64,000 nt of DNA from Emiliania huxleyi CCMP1516 (taxonomy: Eukaryota). Location: the NCBI RefSeq assembly GCF_000372725.1, contig NW_005201287.1:124001-188000 (forward strand). Direction: 5' to 3'. The notes below the pieces were generated by a model, which did no database searches, had not been told where the DNA came from, and was given only the letters and a program-made list of their open reading frames with translations. Positions 1 through 13,040 of this stretch are shown here, in pieces (the first letter of the stretch is position 1; every line of letters starts with the position of its first letter). Made by a program: the position numbers and the translations under genes.

Positions 1-2586
1 TTTCTCGGAGGTTAGCGCACCACTAACCGCCGAAGCGCAAGAACTTTTTTGGGACATTTTCGACGCTTTTGGCCCATATACTCGTGCAACAACCCTGTAG
101 CCTTTAGCGTGCAGTCGGCCGAGCCGCGCCCGCGTGAGCCGTGGTGCGCGGAGACCGGAGTGAAGCGTCTCGTAAGAAGGTAAAGCTCTGCGAGTGCGGC
201 AGCCAGTGCGCAGTGCCACGCCAGTGTGGCCAGTGCATGTCTCTGAGACCCGCCCGGCGTGTGTGGCGCAGCACACAATCACGGGGCAAAAACCCAGACC
301 ATCGTAATCGTTTGCGTCTTGGCTACTGTGCATTTTCGCCTGGAACCTGCGTGAGAGTGAAAAGCTAGCTACGGCTTTAGGCCGTCAGCACAGTTCAGCT
401 CGGACCTCGAAGGAGCCTAATTCGCTCCAGTTCCTTCGCTCGCTGGGAGTTGAAGGTGGGCTGGAGGCGGTCAAAGCTGTCCGCGGCGACGTACCGCCAG
501 CCGCCGGATCTTGGGCGGCGGCCCAGCAGCTCGTAGGACATCTCCTCTCGCCGCCTTTCCGCTTCGTCCAGCTCCGCCTGCAGCCCCTCGATGATGCGAG
601 CGGTGCCGATGCGCGCGAGCTCGAGGCGAGTGTCACTCTCGGCTATTGTGTGCTGATGGACGAGCACCAAAGCGCGAAAGGCGGTCGGAAGGGGCATCGC
701 GCCTGCTTCTCAGTCTGCTGAGCGCCGCCGCGTTGCCGCCGCGTTGGCGCATTGCGTCGCTGCTCAACCAGCATGCTGAGGGATATCACGACGCCGACAA
801 GCCACTCCACATCCAGTAGCCGTGGTTGCTCCGAACTCCTAACTTGTACAGTGCCAGCTGCAGTCTGGACGAAAGGCCGCGTTCTTGCCCAGGAGGCGCC
901 ACTGCAGAATACCACCCTCCCGCACTGCCGAGCACTCCAAAGCCAGAGATGAGTCCGGTGACGGTCGCTGGTTTGTAGTCACGGGGCGCGAGGTGCATGC
1001 CGTGCGGGATGGCGGCGCGGGGCGGATGGTCAAGCTCGTCAAGGTCAGGTCATCCAAGTTTACGCCCGTCCGCGCAAGTATTCATCACGCGGGGTGAGGA
1101 TTCTCACTTTTGCACGGGACTGGCGCGCACTGGCACTAACAAACTAACAATTGTTAGTGCCACTGGCGCGCACTGGCACTAACAATTGTTAGTGTTGCAC
1201 AATTTGTATTGTTGTAAAATTCTCTCTTTTGGGTTTGGGTTTGTTTGTGTTTGGTCGGCGGCTAGCCGGGGTTGTATACTCCCGACGCGCGACGGGGACT
1301 AGCACTTTAAGCCGTCGTCCACGTTGATCGGCGCACAACCCCTGGCCAACTCACGGTCCACAGACCACACTGCCCGTCTCTGGGGTGGCGCGGGGGCCCC
1401 CGGAGGCACCGTGCGCCGCGCAGCAGTGCGGAAACGGGGCTCCGGCTCCACTAGTCTCCACTAGCACCGACTTACCGATCTAACCTGGTCTAACAGAGGG
1501 CAGATTTGGAGAGATCTCGAGGAGTACATACAGATAGACCCTCCAATCATGAGAAACCTCCAACCTGATTGGTCGTACTGACCGCCGACAGATCACTCCA
1601 GACAGCAGACAGGCCGACGTCTGCACGCGGCCGGCCGGGCGAGAGGCTTGACACGATCCGACCCTGCGACCCTGACGCTGCTGCTCTAGCTATCAGCCAT
1701 GAACTGCTGACTGCTGCCACAATATGCGACCGGTGCTGGCCCACTTGGCGGCCTTCCCGGTCAGTGGTGAGGCGCAGTCCAGAGCTGTCGATGGCGCGAT
1801 GCCGCACTGGTCGCTCCCACATTGGTGACACGAGACCACCACCTTTGCCGGTCCAAGAGAGAGGCACCGGCGCTGTCCTGAGAAGGAGCGTGGTCCCTCT
1901 TGACTGCCCATGCGCGCGAGGCTGTGTAGGCACAGCCTTGAGAGTGCCAGCAGCCAATCCGAGGCGACGCGCATTGCGCCAGAAGCGTGCACACGATGCT
2001 TCGATGGAAGGACACCTTCCTACTGGCCGTAGGATCAGGTCGTCACTGAATGCTTGATACTAAGGCCGCGAGCTATGCAGGTGATCAATTGTGCATCATG
2101 GCACGGTCAGCAGCGCCGACAGGTTGTCGCAAGGCGTGATAGCATGGCCGCAAGTACGCCGAATTCCCAAACCCATGAACAAGTGAAAAATCGCGCAAAA
2201 AAAGAAAAATGGCGCCAAAAACCGGCGCCTGCGGCGGGCCATGGGACCCCATCTCCCCTCCGCATGAACACCCTCTAGGGCCCCCGCGCCGGCCCAGAGC
2301 TGCCCGTACACTCCTCACTCGACAAAACTTCGACTACACTGTGTCGCACACACTATAATAGAAATTTACGGCTTTAAGACGGATCGTGGCATGATCAAAC
2401 ACGTGTGTTATACAGCGCGCAAGACCAAACACATGTCGATATTGCGCCAAAGAGCAAAGTCGCGCCGCACGCCTCACGCTTCCGGTCTCTCATCTGAGAA
2501 TCGCAACATCTGATGCTGAGGCTCACATCTGCTGGGCTCGCCGAGCCCTCAACGCAGCGGAAAAGTCGGCGCGCCAACTCCTCTTT

Positions 2587-3833
2587 TCAGCCAGCACCCT
2601 CCAGCCAGCGCTTGACGTCAGCAACGCCTCGTCGTTTGACGTCCTCGGGCGCCATCGAGTGCTCGAAGGAGCAGGTGGCTGCCCTCGCCAGCTCCTCGTC
2701 TGTCATGTGCAGCTCCGCGCGGCACGCCTCGTACTCCTCGAGCAGCCGAGGCCCAAAGAGCAGCGGGTCGTCCGAGTTGATTGTCACCGGGACGCCCGCG
2801 CGCAGTAGCGCCGGCAGCGGGTGCTCCTCCAGCGACGGCACCGACCGCAGCAGCACGTTCGAGCTCGGGCACACGTCGAGGCAGATCGCCTCGCGCGCAA
2901 GCCTCTGCACGAGGGGCTTGTCGCAGAAGCACAGCACGCCGTGCGCCACCCGCCGGGCGCCCAAGTCGTCAACCGCCGACCGCACAGAGTCCGCACCCGA
3001 CGCGCCGCCCCCCGGAGCGAGCTCGCCGGCGTGCGGAAACGCGGCGAGCCCGGCCGCGGCGGCGATCCGAAACGCCTCGGCGAAGGGCGCCGGCGGGTTG
3101 CCCGGCTCGGCAGAGTGCAGGCCAAAGCCGACGATGCCCGCCCGGCCGTGGACGAGGTGCTGGCCTCGCGAGACGACCCCGCCCACCACCGTGGCCAGCC
3201 GCTCGGCGTTGGCGGCCGGCTCATGCCTCTCGGCCGAGAAGATGTACGCGCACGCCTGGGGCGGCCGGGCGGGCGGTGAGGTGGAGTCGGTTCTAGTCCG
3301 CCTCGACAGAGGCCAGCGAGCTGCGCCCCGGCCACACTCTCAGCCACACCTCGGCTGGACCTCGGCTGGACCTCGGCTGGGCCTCGGCTGGATCTCAGCT
3401 GGACCTCGGCTGGACCTCCGCTGGATCTCTCGGCTGGATCTCGGCTCACCACTCGGCCGCCGAGGGAGTCCTCGGCCGCCGCCGCCGCCTCGAGCAGCAG
3501 CAGCACCGTCGGCTCGAGGCCGTCGAAGCGGTCGCACCACAGCTGCAAGCTCGGCGCAACCTCAACCCAGCGGCAGCCGGCGGCGAGCGCGTCCTCAAGG
3601 AGTTCACGCACAATGCGGAAGACGTCGTCGCGGTGGCGGAGGCACTCGCACGCTGCGCGGTACGCGCTGGCAAAGGCGTCGAAATTTGAATACATTCTGT
3701 GGCGCGTGTCCTCCGGCCGGGTGATGCCGTGCTTTGCGCACAGGTCCGCGAGGGTCTCCGTCCGCATCGCTCCCTCGAGATGGATGTGGAGCTCGCACTT
3801 GGGCAGATCGCGGAGCGGGCGAGTCATCGACAT
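2587..3833 (-). CDS. Adenosine/adenine deaminase (2 exons: 3833-3450, 3255-2587)
   Basis: LPKCELHIHLEG (HxH metal site), PHAGE, RRVAHG, VCPSSN and INSDDP motifs. A GT-AG intron at 3449-3256 joins the frames (GGRV|ACAYIFSAER). Confidence 0.92.
3349..3446. repeat. 11-bp minisatellite (CCTCGGCTGGA)n in the deaminase intron
   Basis: About 8-9 degenerate tandem copies are visible. Confidence 0.9.
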
Positions 3834-4054
3834 GGTGATAGATACCGCGCAGCTGTGCGTGTGGCTCCAGTGCGTACCCGGTACTGCAAAGCGCAAACTG
3901 GCTGGAGGCCGGCTGAGGCCGCGCGCGGTTTTCTTTCTTTCAGTATCTCGGCGTTTTTCTACTTTTTCTCTGTATGTGGCTCTTACGTACATTCCCGGAG
4001 GAGGACTGCTGACAGGGTTTGCGATGAGGAGTGACCCGAAGGGTTTTTGATTGT

Positions 4055-6143
4055 GTATGGTTCTTGCACTTGTGCAAGATTGGGCGTCTTCTGCCGCAGT
4101 CCCTTTGATGGGAGGCCCCAGGGTGGGGGCCACCTCGAACCCCCGGCCAGGGATTCGAGCGGAGGGTGCCCCGGATTCATCTATCCGTTGGGCCCCGGTA
4201 CATTCATTAGAACTGATCACTTTGCGCAGCAGCCGTCCCTTCGCCGACTGGACGGCAGTGCGCTGCGTTGTCGCTCTGTCGTGCACGCTCTCGTGCCTCG
4301 TTGTTGTGACACGGGAGTAGAGTCGAGAGGTAGCCCTCGACGAGACGACCGGCGCTGCGATGCCAGACCTCACTGCCGCCGAGCTCAGCATTCCAGCCGA
4401 GCAGCACCCCGATCCCGCAAAGCCACTGGTGATACCCGTCGACTCAACAGTGGTGGGCTCTACCCTGCGCTTCATTCCGTGGTCTGTGGTGGGCAATCCG
4501 GCCTTCCTCCAGCTGCCCCCTCCTCCTCCGGGGATGCAACCGTCGTGGGTCCAGATTCCGCAGTGGGTCGCCATCAGTGCGCTGCTCGCCTTCAGTGAGC
4601 CCGAGCCCGCTGTGGCCACCCACTTTGACAGGCTCAGCGTCTTGCGGCTGGCCGTATTGGCCGCGGCTTGGCGCCGCATCCTCGGCGCCTTGTCCGACCT
4701 CGGCGTTTTCAGCACGGTGCACGTGGATGAGGATGCGTTCCGTACGGTGTGCATCCAGGCTCTGCACTCCCGCCAAATCCCGGTGCCCGAGCTCTATCTG
4801 CAGTGGGGCGATTTGGGGTACTCTGAGGCGATCACACCCTTGGGACCAGCGCCATCGGCAGAAGCAAAGGTCGTCGACTTCTTGCAGTACGCGACAGTCG
4901 GGGCTCTTTGCGACGCACCCTACGGCCGACGTCCCGTTCGCAGCCCTGTCTGACATGACCCGCTGCTTGGGGCCCGTCTTCACGGCGGCAGCGCGCGTCG
5001 ATCCCATGGGGAGCGCCGTCGTGGGGGCTGCATCGCTCGCTGCCGCCGCTGGTCACATCACTCCGCGAGCGAGCGATGGGCATCCCTCCCTGCTCGCTCG
5101 GCATGTGCTCAGCATGCTGAAGACTACCCGCTCGAGTTTCCCGGCCTGCCTGAGGACCAACTCTTTTCAGAACTACTCTGCGGAGGTTGAGACTCGCGCC
5201 GAGTATGTGGGCGGGACCACCGTGGCGCGCGACCGAGTGGCCGAGCAGCGTTGCTCGCGCGCTATTGCAGCCAAGGCGCCGACGCTCGACTCCCTGCTCC
5301 GTGCGCTGCCTCGGCCAACGCCCCCGTCGGTCGTTTATGAAGCCTACCGGCAGCTCGTCTCGCTCTACTTTCCGACGGATCGGCGTCCTATGGACTTGCT
5401 CCTGACTGATCTGGATGCTCAGCTTCACGCGCGGCTACCCACCTACCAACACGCGCTGACCAACGGCAAGCCGTTCGCTTCGATCCTGGCGGGGCTGCGC
5501 AAGCTTCACGACTCGCTCGAGCCCTCGAGGAAGGCGCCAGTCATGACTTCGACAGGCGACTCCGAGGACTCGGCGTTGGGCAAGTTCGACCGCGCGCCGG
5601 CTGGCCTTCCGGACAACTCACTCCGAGAGGCCAAGGCCGGATTGCCCACCGCCGACCACGGAATGAAGCGCCGGGTAGAGCCTACCACTGTTGAGTCGAC
5701 GGGCATCACCAGTGGCTTTGCGGGATCGGGGTGCTGCTCGGCCGGAATGCTGAGCTCGGGCATCACCAGTGGCTTTGCGGGATCGGGGTGCTGCTCGGCC
5801 GGAATGCTGAGCTCGGCGGCAGCGAGGTCTGGCATCGCAGCGCCGGTCGTCTCGTCGAGGGCTACCTCTCGACTCTACTCCCGTGTCACAACAACGAGGC
5901 ACGAGAGCGTGCACGACAGAGCGACAACGCAGCGCACTGCCGTCCAGTCGGCGAAGGGACGGCTGCTGCGCAAAGTGATGATCAGTTCTAATGAATGTAC
6001 CGGGGCCCAACGGATAGATGAATCCGGGGCACCCTCCGCTCGAATCCCTGGCCGGGGGTTCGAGGTGGCCCCCACCCTGGGGCCTCCCATCAAAGGGACT
6101 GCTGCAGAAGACGCCCAATCTTGCACAAGTGCAAGAACCATAC
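4055..6143. mobile_element. Foldback element: ~450-bp inverted arms (4055-4505 and 5633-6143) around a frameshifted, truncated ORF of unknown function (possibly gag-like)
   Basis: The arms are near-identical reverse complements; the ORF track shows MPDLxAAELSIPAEQHPDPAKPLV on both strands. The right arm has a 57-bp internal tandem duplication (~5701-5815). The ORF from 4360 shifts frame near 4920 and is cut at ~5632. Confidence 0.7.
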
Positions 6144-6516
6144 TGCATGCACATCTCTCTCATGTGCGTACATTCCCGTAGGTGGGAGGACTCTGCTGAC
6201 AGGGTTTGCGATGAGGAGCGACCCGTTTTTTGCTCCGAGCCCTGAGCCACTTCGCCTCCTTAGGAAGTCTAATTCAACTCTCTCTCTCTGCTGGCCTTCA
6301 CGACGTCGACGAGCGCACGCAAAAGGCCCGAAGCCTCGGAGATAACGAAGTCCAGCATGCGCATGCCGACCCGACCTGCCGATCCGATCGTAACAAATTC
6401 GGTTTCGAAATGCGGCCGTCTTGGCCAAGATCGCACGCCGTCGCAGTTTTATGTTCCCGAGTTTGTTCCCCTTCGATCGCCTGCCCAGATTTTCCAGCCT
6501 CAACTGACACACGTCA

Positions 6517-8540
6517 ATGTCGGAAGTGGAGGAGAGGCTTGCAGCCCTGGAGGCGAAGGAATTTCTGGGGACAAATGCGCAGGCGCTAGACGCCTTCTAC
6601 CTCCTCGTGTGCGGCGTGTTTGTCTTCTTCATGCAGGCACAACGTCAGCCCCGATGTGTGTCGGGCTGCGGCGGTTTCAGTTTTGATCTCCCCCCCCCCG
6701 CCCCACCTCTGCAGTGTGGCTTCGCGCTGCTCGAGGCGGGATCGGTGCGCACCAAGAACACCAAGAACATCCTGCTCAAGAATCTTCTCGACGCCTGCCT
6801 TGGTGCCCTTCCCCCCTCGCCGCGCTTGAACGCGCCCACCCCCAGTGCCCCCAATGCCCCTGGCTCCGGCGTGTCGTCCTAAAATAGCCCCCCACGGTGC
6901 TGCCCCAGGTGCCATCATCTGGTGGCTATGGGGCATGGGCGTCGCCTATGGAGACAGCGGAGATTACGACGACGGAAACGAGTTCATCGGCACCGCTCCC
7001 AACAATGGCGGTCCATTCGCGGCCGCCGGCTGGGAAGGGAAGGACTGGCAAGAGTCGGGGGGAGAAGGCTACGGCTACACGATGGCCCTCTGGTTTTTCC
7101 AGTACGTCTTTGCTGCCGCCGCTGCCACCATCGTCTCTGGCGCTGTCGCTGAGCGGGCGCAGCTCATCGCCTACCTCATCTACACGACCATCATCACGGG
7201 CTTCATCTACCCCGTCGTCGTGCACTGGGTGTGGTGTGATGGTGGCTACCTCTCTGGTGGCTTCACCAAGGATAAAGACAAAACCTGGGCTGGCGGCTGC
7301 ATCGACTTCGCGGGCTCGGGCGTGGTCCACATGACGGGCGGCGTGGCGGCGCTCTGCGGCGCGTTTGTGATTGGGCCGCGGGCGGGGCGGTTCGACGAGA
7401 GCGGCAAGGTGATGCCGATCCCGGGCCAGTCGACTCCGTTCCAGGTCGTCGGTACTTTCATCCTCTGGATGGGCTGGTACGGCTTCAACCCGGTGCCGCG
7501 CCGCCGCCGCCTGCAACCCGGCCTCGCGCCTCATATCCCTCACAGCTCGCCTCCGCTCTCTGCTGATTGTGATGACCCCTCCGCGCTTGCCTTCTCCAGG
7601 GCTCCACTCTCGGCATCAACGGTGCTGGCTACGGTCCGCTTTCCCCCGCCCACTCTGCGCCCCTCCCACCCCCTGACTTGCCCCGCTCCTGCGCCCTCCA
7701 CTCATGTGCGCCCACCACCTACACCTACCCTCCTCGCCACTCTCATCCCTCCTCCACGCCACCAGGCGCGGTCATGGCGCGGGCCGCGATGTGCACGACC
7801 GTGTCCGCCTCCATCGGCGGCCTCACCGTCGTCTTCTTCGACCGCATTTTCTCCAAGACGTACGACGTGGGCATGGTCTGCAACGGCATCCTCGCCGGCC
7901 TCGTCTCCATCACCGCCGGTTGCGCGTCGATGCACGTGTGGGCCGCGTTTCTCACCGGCTTTATCGGCGCCTTCGTTTACTACGGCGCTTCCAAGACGAT
8001 GCTCAAGCTCAAGATCGACGACCCGCTCGACGCGTATGCCGTCCATGGCGCGTGCGGCGGCTGGGGCGTCATCGCGGTCGGCATCTTCGGAAGCAACAAC
8101 TACATCACGATGGGGTGGGCCGGTGCCGAATCGGTCACATGCATCGCCGACCCAACGCAATGTGGGCCGCTCGAGGCGTACCAAGGCGCTCGAACAGCTG
8201 CCCCGCCCTTCACGCAGCGGTTCCCAGCCCCGGTCCCGGTACCCCAAGTGCCCTTCCCTTCCCCCTCGCCTCCAGGCATCATCTACGGCGGCGGCACACT
8301 CCTCGGCGCGCAGATCGCCGCGGTTTGCATCGAGACGCTGTGGGTTGCCACTCTCTCGCTCATGATGTTCTATGCGCTCAAATTCGCGGGCACCCCTGCC
8401 ACGAGCGCATGCTGTGCTGTAGACACGCGCTGCTCACATTCGCCCGGATGAGAATAGGCATCCTCCGTGTGTCGGAGGAGGTGGAGATGGCGGGCATGGA
8501 CGTGTCCAAGCACGGCGGCTCCGCCTACTCGACCGCCTAG
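6517..8540 (+). CDS. AMT1: Ammonium transporter, AMT1 family (exons 6517-6636, 6715-6802, 6909-7492, 7600-7633, 7766-8185, 8276-8389, 8458-8540)
   Basis: FFMQ-CGFALLEAGSVRTKN, WFFQYVFAAAAATIVSGAVAER, DFAGSGVVHMTGG, LWMGWYGFNPGS, NGILAGLVSIT, IDDPLDAYAVHG and GMDVSKHGG motifs. Six introns (3 GC-AG, 3 GT-AG) give a continuous frame. Confidence 0.95.
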
Positions 8541-9173
8541 GCCTACTCTGGCGCTCAAGCTCTATGCCCTTGCGGTGGGCGGCGGGCCTCGCTTGTGCAC
8601 CGCGGGCGCTGCGCCCGCTTGGCGCGTTGCCGTGTACATTTTGCCCGGCCGCCAGGCAAGCGCAATAGGCTCTCAACCCTCAACGCATGCTCAACGAGGG
8701 ACGTGGGATCAGGGGGAGGGGCGCGGATAGGACCATTTAATGAGGGCGCCTAGTTTGTCCTCACTGTCCATCGTGCGCCTGCGCGCTGTGCCGCAGAAGC
8801 CGTGCGACGTCGGAAATTGTTTTGTCGTCGCGATTGTGCCTCCCGGCGGCGCGCGGGCGGGGCGTGCGTTGTCGACGGGGTGCCATCTCCCCGAGTCATA
8901 TGTTCGCGATCCCAATCGCACTCCGCCACGCTCGTTCTCGTCTGGCTCACATGTCGAGAACGAGATGGTGTACGTTTTATTCGGCAGCGGCACCCGGCCC
9001 ACCCGGTCAATGGTAGAATCATCACCAGTGTGTGCAGTTGCAGTGTGTGCATGAGTGTGTGACTCCGGCAAAATAACTAGCCCCCAGCCCGTCGCCTCAA
9101 GTGACTTACAAGTGGAATCAAGTGCCGAGCCGGCAGCACCGGGAGGCGGCAGGCGATACTAGCCCAAGTGTCA

Positions 9174-10203
9174 TCACACTGGCGGTACTAGGATTCCTAG
9201 CCCATCGAAGCGTATCCCGGCCGTCGCCGCGCTCGAGAGCGACACCGCCAGGCTGTCGGGTAGACTGCCAGGCTGTCGGGACGGCCCTCGCAGCAGGCGG
9301 ACGGCGAGGGTGGCGGCGAGTGCGGTCGGCAGCCATGAGACAGCCGCCTGGGTGGGGTGGGTGGCGTGGGTGGGGTGGGGGTGATGGGTGGGTGGGTGGG
9401 AGGGAGGGAGGGACCCGTGCTCCAGACAGAGGCCGGGCGCGGCGCTGCAGCGAGCGTGCTGCGGCTACCCAGACGACATCTCTCCAGAACGAGGGGGGGG
9501 CGTCGCGGCCTCCTCTCTCCAGGACTACGGGGAGGCGTCGCCGTCGCGAGTCGGCCGAAGAGAGGCCTCTCCGCAAGCGAGCGAGGGACGAGGAGCGAGG
9601 CGAGCCGCGCGCCGAGCGACGTCGTGATCTGGATGGTGTGCCAGCTCCCGCCGCCCGGCAGCGTGGTTGTGGTGCGAAGGTAGTTGAAGACGGAGCTGGC
9701 TGCCGTCTCCTCCTGCTCCTCCGTCGATCCGTCCGGGTAGATGGTGAAGACCTTCCTCCGCCCGTCAGAGACCAGAGTCCCGACGACAGTGAGGCCGGGA
9801 GACCACTGCCGCATCAGCGCCTGGCGGGCGGGGCACGGGCGAGGGAGTGACGGCTCGTCCGTGTATGGGAGGTGCGATGTCACAGACGCGCAGGGGACGC
9901 GCTGGCGGCAGTGTGTGCCCGCAGCCGCACCTGGCCGAAATTGGCGTTGAACAGGTCGTTGGCGCGCCGCAGGTCGACGTCGGGCGGCGCGTCGTCGATG
10001 GTGGCGCCTCGGTCGTACCGCGCGCGCCTGTGCTCGTCCCCTAGCACCGCGTAGGCCTCGGACACCTCGAGGAAGCGCCGTCGAGCGCTGTCATCGCCGG
10101 GGTGCTTGTCTGGGTGCGAGAGAAGGGCCTGTTGGCGGTATGCGGTGCGGATCTCCTTGGCTGTTGCGCTGCGAGGGACGCCGAGCACGTCGTACAACGA
10201 CAT
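9174..10203 (-). CDS. DnaJ (J-domain) protein, multi-exon; 3' end approximate
   Basis: LYDVLGV...AYRQQALLSHPDKHPG...FLEVSEAYAVLGDEHRRARYD. It continues after an intron (~9930-9822) into ALMRQWSPGLTVVG... Confidence 0.8.
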
Positions 10204-10989
10204 GTGCGCAGCACGAGAGATCGTAAGCCGCCAGCGCAGGGAGAGCCGCGGGCTGCCAGCGTGGTTTGGGTATGATACGCCCTCGACACACGCAGGGTCT
10301 CGAGGTCTCTTGGATTAGAGCCCCGAGACCTCGAAATAAGTTTTTTTCAAGCGTTGCCCGGCCGGGTTGCTGCGCAAATCTCGCGCTGCGCTAGGCTCAG
10401 AGCGAGTTCGCGCTGCGCTAGGCTCAGACGGCGTGCGTGCGCGGGCCGCCGGGGTGACGGCGGGTGAGGACCCCACCTCCTTCCTCGGGCTCGGCAGCTT
10501 GTCGGGCTCTACCACTACCACTACCTCAGCCCTCAGCCGAAGCTGGGGCCGGTCCCGTAGGCCGTCCGTAGCCGAGAGAGCCCCCGCGTCCCGATGAATG
10601 GTATTGGTCGTCGAACGGCGGACGGGCGCGGGCGGCGCGGGGGGTGGCGGGGCGAGACGGCGCAGCATTCCCAGCCCCTTTGCCAAAGGTCCCTGTTTTG
10701 AGGGCATTAGTAGAACGGAGAGAGATCCCTTTTGGTCCTCCTTTGAAGCTATTTACACACGACCTCAGAGGCTCACGCTGGAAGTGGCGAATCGATGCGA
10801 GCGCGCCGCGTGCTCCACGCGCGGCGCGCTCGTATCGACTTGGAGTCCAATGCGCGCAGCGGGTAGCACCTCGGGAGCTCGCTCTACCCGGGATGCGGAG
10901 AACTGCCCACAGGAGCGAGAATCTATCAGCCACGTCTGGCGTCTGGCGCAAAAGGCCGCGCAGTCGTCCGCACCTGCGGAGGCCGCCGC

Positions 10990-11935
10990 AACTGGCTAAG
11001 GTGTGGGTGTGGGTGGGTGTGTGTGGGCGGTGAGGGGGGCGGCTAGAGGGGGGGGAGCGCGGCCGCAACGGCGACGGGAGATGGGGCGCAGGCCTGAGGA
11101 GGGGGGAGGGGGGGGGGGGTGTCCGCGGCGGCTGACAGGGGGTGGACAGGGCGGTGGAAAAGGGGAGTACCGCGGCGGTGGGAGATGGGGCAAGGCCTGA
11201 GGGCGGGCGGGCGCGCGCGCGGTGGGGGGGGGGGGGGGCTGGCGCGCGCGGTGGGGGGGGGCGGCTGGAACGGCACGGATGTGCGCCGCGGCGTACGCCC
11301 CCGGGAAAACGGGGGGGGGGGGGTGAGGGGGGGGTGAGGGGGGGGCCCCCAGGGGGGCGGGACCAGGCGGGGCAGGGGTTGGGCCCGGGAGCCTAGGCAG
11401 CGGAATGGGAGGGTTGGTGGGAAGGGGGGGGGGCAAAGGACCCCCCGACATCAACTGCCACGATTTGCAGCACAAGGGATTTGCCCGGCGTGAAAGGGGG
11501 GAGGGGGCCGCGGGGCGGGGGCGGGGCGGGGGCGGGGGCCGGGGGTGCGTGCCAAGTCTCTCGGGGCCGGCGGGGAAGAGGGGGGCGCAAGAGGTGCGCA
11601 AGAGCGGCGCGGCGAGGAGTGGACGAGCGAATACGGCCGGGGTGTGTCGGCCGGGGAGCCTCCGGCGGGCCTGCGGCGCGGGGCGCCGCGCGCGGCAAGC
11701 TTGCCGGAGTGTGGCCGCAGCAACAGCCTCCGGCGGGCCTCCGGCGGACGCCTAGCGGCGTGGCGCGGCGCGCCGGTGCTCGCGCGCCCGCGGAAGCAGC
11801 CGGGGTGTGTCGGCCGGGGAGCCTCCGGCGGGCCTGCGGCGCGGGGCGCTGCGCGCGGCAAGCTTGCCGGGATGTGTCGGCCGGGGAGCCTCCGGCGGAC
11901 GCCTGGCGGCGTGGCGCTGCGCGCCGGCGCTGCCG
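10990..11935. repeat. G/C-rich low-complexity tract plus a degenerate tandem repeat (GGGGTGTGTCGGCCGGGGAGCCTCCGGCGG..., ~3 copies, 11635-11930)
   Basis: Poly-G runs; repeated blocks at ~11637, ~11800 and ~11872. Confidence 0.75.
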
Positions 11936-12151
11936 CCATTCGAAAGAGGGCACGACTGCATCTTCGACGCATCTAATTCGTAGATTTTGCGCCCCTTACA
12001 GCTCGCGGAGGAGCAAAGGACGCCCGATTAGCGCTGCGCGCGGCCGGGCAAGAACCCATTCGGTCCTCGGAGAGGGTGCGGGGCCTCTAGTCGCCAGCAG
12101 CGTCGTTATGTTCTGTGACCGGAAAAAGAATTCCCGCGGCTAGAATTTTTC

Positions 12152-12690
12152 TTTTGAGCTAGCCTTCGATGTTGAAATCTAGCACTTACGAGATTTTTAG
12201 CACGGCCTACTCGCCCAAGTACTCGCTCTCTTTTATGTCCCACCATGCAGAGCGCATCTCTCTCTCTGTTGTGCGAGGCGTGAACCGCGCCATTCGCTCT
12301 CACCTGGCAACCCTGTCTGCACGTCTCGCGCGCGCGTGAACAGGGCTCCAGGCCCCAAATTACGTGTGAGTGTTAGAGTTGTTTGTGTTTGCACTTACGT
12401 GACTTGGCTCTTGGGCTCGGCAGCTTGGAGCTTGTCAACGCTACCAGATGAAACAAACGCAAGGCAGACACACATGACGCATCGCTCTCGGGCACACAGA
12501 CGTCCCTCGTCCCGCACACCCGCCGCCCCCGCGCGCGGGCGCGCGCCCCACCCCGGCCGGGAGTCAGAGAGGGGAGAGACAGTTTGGGACGGCAACAGAA
12601 CGAGTACCTCGCACTCCATGTGCGAGAACGCAGAGAGAAATGAAAGCCATCCGGCCTGTCCGGCTCCATCCACAAGTCCGGCTCACGCGT
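12152..12690 (+). repeat. Dispersed repeat family A, copy 1 (interrupted by a ~270-bp insert)
   Basis: TTTTGAGCTAGCCTTCGATGTT at ~12152, then ATGAAACAAACGCAAGG...CGAGTACCTCGCACTCCATGTGCGAGAACGCAGAGAGAAATGAAAGCC at 12448-12650. Matches 52876-53105 (+) and 33880-34068 (-). Confidence 0.85.
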
Positions 12691-13040
12691 CCCGACTGAC
12701 CGATCTACCATCCACACTGAACACTGTCACCCCCTGGAAGGGCCTGGTTGGAAACAGGGCTCGCGTACTCACTCGGAGCGCCGCCTCACCCGGCGCCGGC
12801 GCGTTCATCGCCCTCCAGCCTCCACGTCGACCCCTGCGCGCACCGCTCATCGTTGCCCTCTCGGGGGTACTACTCTCGCGCTCGCGCAGAGGAGGGGAAC
12901 CCGACGAGTCGTCACGCACTTGGAGCACTTGGAGTGCAGTCAGCAACCGCACATCCAGGGCCGGGGAGCTCAGAAGCGCACCCCGCGTTTTCTTCCTCTA
13001 CCTGCGGGACACCAGCCAGGCCTCGGTTGTGAGCGAGAGC

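Noticed and set aside
1307..2376. Harbinger-like element (TTA|AGCCGT ... ACGGCT|TTA)
   Set aside because: The inverted match is only 6 bp and there is no transposase motif; too weak to call.
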